Made by a program: the position numbers and the translations under genes. A stretch of DNA of 63,945 nt, the filler included, from Dicyema japonicum (taxonomy: Eukaryota; Animalia; Dicyemida): assembly GCA_011109175.1 (NCBI GenBank). It is 6 parts of 6 records of this genome, joined end to end, with 100 filler letters (N's around TTAATTAATTAA, not from the genome) between each part and the next. Parts side by side here need not be neighbours in the genome. Positions count along the whole stretch, not along the records: positions 61,432 to 63,945 come from RDEW01000081.1; 5 more parts are not named here. The stretch is one strand, 5' to 3'. This document shows positions 62,111-63,945 of the stretch, in pieces (positions within the stretch are counted from its first letter, which is position 1; every line of letters starts with the position of its first letter). A model generated the notes under the pieces. The model searched no databases, had not been told where the DNA came from, and worked only from the letters and a program-made list of their open reading frames with translations.

Positions 62111-63399
62111 TTGATTATGCATATCGTCCACTACAATTGTAATACCATTGAACCGTACACCACTTTCGGGAGAGGTTCCAGGAAACACATATCACTGCTT
62201 ATTTAGACATACAATTCCATGAGCTTTAAGAAAAATTCCAACAAGCAATATTGTCAAGGCTCTTTGCAGATCAAGAAATGGGAGAATAGGAAATATTTAG
62301 TAAATCATAACTCTTAACTCCATTAGATGCCATACGTCAAGGTCAATTAAGAGTGAGTGTATAATTTCCCTTACCAAAAAATCGTAAAGCACTGACGAAT
62401 AAAGGTAAGAGTGATTTTGTCAAAAAACTGCATTTATGGTGTTCTAATTCTGAGAAACGTAGTAAACTACCAAAAATTAGTCTACTTATTGAAGACACCT
62501 GCAAGAAGCTCTTAAACACTGCTAATGTTCTAAAGCATAAGGTGAATTATTTTTAAACAGAAAAATAAATCGAATTGATTTTAATTTTTTTAGGTGAAAA
62601 AATCAATGATTTGACAAGTGGTTTCTCTTATTTATTTACTTATGTCCACTCAAGTAAAGGAAACCGGCGGCTCCGAGGAAATGATTANGTGTTCTAATTC
62701 TGAGAAACGTAGTAAACTACCAAAAATTAGTCTACTTATTGAGGACACCTGCAAGAAGCTCTTGAACACTGCTAATGTTCTAAAGCATAAGGTGAATTAT
62801 TTTTAAACAGAAAAATAAATCGAATTGATTTTAATTTTTTAGGTGAAAAAATCAATGATTTGACAAGTGGTTTCTCTTATTTATTTACTTATGTCCATTC
62901 AAGTAAAGGAAACCGGCGGCTAAAAGGAAATGATTACCAAAAAGGACGTTTTTAGAGACCTGTCAGGTATATTTGGTCGATTCAAACATCAAATGAAGAC
63001 AAGAGCAGAGATGGCTTGTCTAAAATAGAACTGAGAAACAAACATCGTCTGATTCTGTTCATATAGTCTTGCAATTAGAATTGCTAGTATAGATTACGAA
63101 AAACTGTGGCTTTGAAAATATATTTGGTAATAAATTTATTAGTAAAATTATAGATAATTTTGTATGCTTAATGGAGTAAATATTTTTTTACCACGAAAGA
63201 CTTCTGGAAGTTTCTTCTTGTATTCCTTTAGAACTCGATCAAAGGGCCAATTAGGATTTCTCCGTATGAACAACCCTTTCTTTTAATGGGTTTTCTGGTT
63301 CTTCACTGAAACACAAAAATGATTATAAATTTGTCACCTGAATATTGTTGATCAGTGTAATCATCAATTATTATTGAAACACTTTCAAGAAATAATAGT

Positions 63400-63945
63400 C
63401 ATTAACGATCCAAGTTGTGGTCATACTTGGTCGTATCCTCTTGAGTATCCAAACCAAGTCCACGTACAGAAAAAATCGGATTTGATGAGCATTAAGTTAT
63501 ACTTACTAATATTCATTTTCAATTTGGTCTCTTCAAACAGCAGGCGGGTACACCATATTCAAGAAGATCTTACATCCCTGAATGAACCAAAGATTAAAGA
63601 TGAAAATCTCTAACAAAGCGATAAAAACATGAAGTGTGTTAGAAGTAGGTCACCACAATCATATTTGGTCCCTTAATTACAGATTATTGTTTTGTATAAT
63701 ATTTTGTCACATTCTCTGACGACAATCACCTGCACAGAAATGGGAACTTTTGATAGATTATCCTCCAAGTTCTTCCAATTACAGCTGGACAGTATTCAAA
63801 TCCAAATTCTATGTGACCAGACGCTTCCTTTATTTAAAATTTTAGGTTGTCAATGTATCCTAGGTCTGTCATCTTTTTGATGATGACGAGAAGGAAACGA
63901 GGGCCTTCAACAATCATGAAGCTCAGTAGTCAAAGGTCCGACACC
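63400..63945 (+). mobile_element. Possible decayed LINE RT
   Basis: IQEDLTSLNE..KCV resembles LQ.DL..L..W..LN..KC. Confidence 0.3.

Noticed and set aside
1204-62940. Many 80-190 nt tandem duplications, CRISPR-like or amplification-like at first sight
   Set aside because: Most flank a single n and all are read-length sized. They are best explained as unmerged contig or haplotype overlaps. There is no repeat-spacer structure.
62380-62950. Possible spliced gene with a second GT-TG intron
   Set aside because: No consistent open frame or recognisable product, and the region is duplicated across an n.

Overview
AT-rich eukaryotic nuclear DNA, inferred to be from a genome-reduced parasitic animal. 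The gene set is metazoan-type (gelsolin, GH18+CBM14 chitinase, ANP32, DRAM/TMEM150) and I reconstructed about 45 spliceosomal introns of only 21-33 nt. A dicyemid mesozoan fits best; myxozoan or orthonectid cannot be excluded. The supplied ORF track misses most real genes because of these micro-introns. Genes reconstructed by hand: RER1, a Zn-finger orphan, a partial proteasome-beta gene, ANP32, a secreted DRGH nuclease, a chitinase, gelsolin, DRAM/TMEM150, intronless ARL2 and an intronless Rab1-like pseudogene. The rest is mostly decayed transposons: R4/Dong-like and CRE-like RLE non-LTR elements, jockey/I-like LINEs, Penelope, Tigger/pogo, hAT, Merlin, a Helitron-like insert and a tRNA-SINE. 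The most notable signals are (i) about 60% of introns have lengths divisible by 3, (ii) relaxed 3' splice sites plus apparent GT-TG and AT-AG introns and in-frame stops in otherwise intact genes, (iii) an ANP32 with a basic tail, (iv) a transposase carrying a host-type micro-intron, and (v) intronless GC-richer small GTPase copies. The scaffold is a patchwork of N gaps, artificial N-TTAATTAATTAA-N linkers and overlap duplications at single n bases, so adjacency across these points is unreliable. All assignments come from motif recognition by eye; no searches were run.
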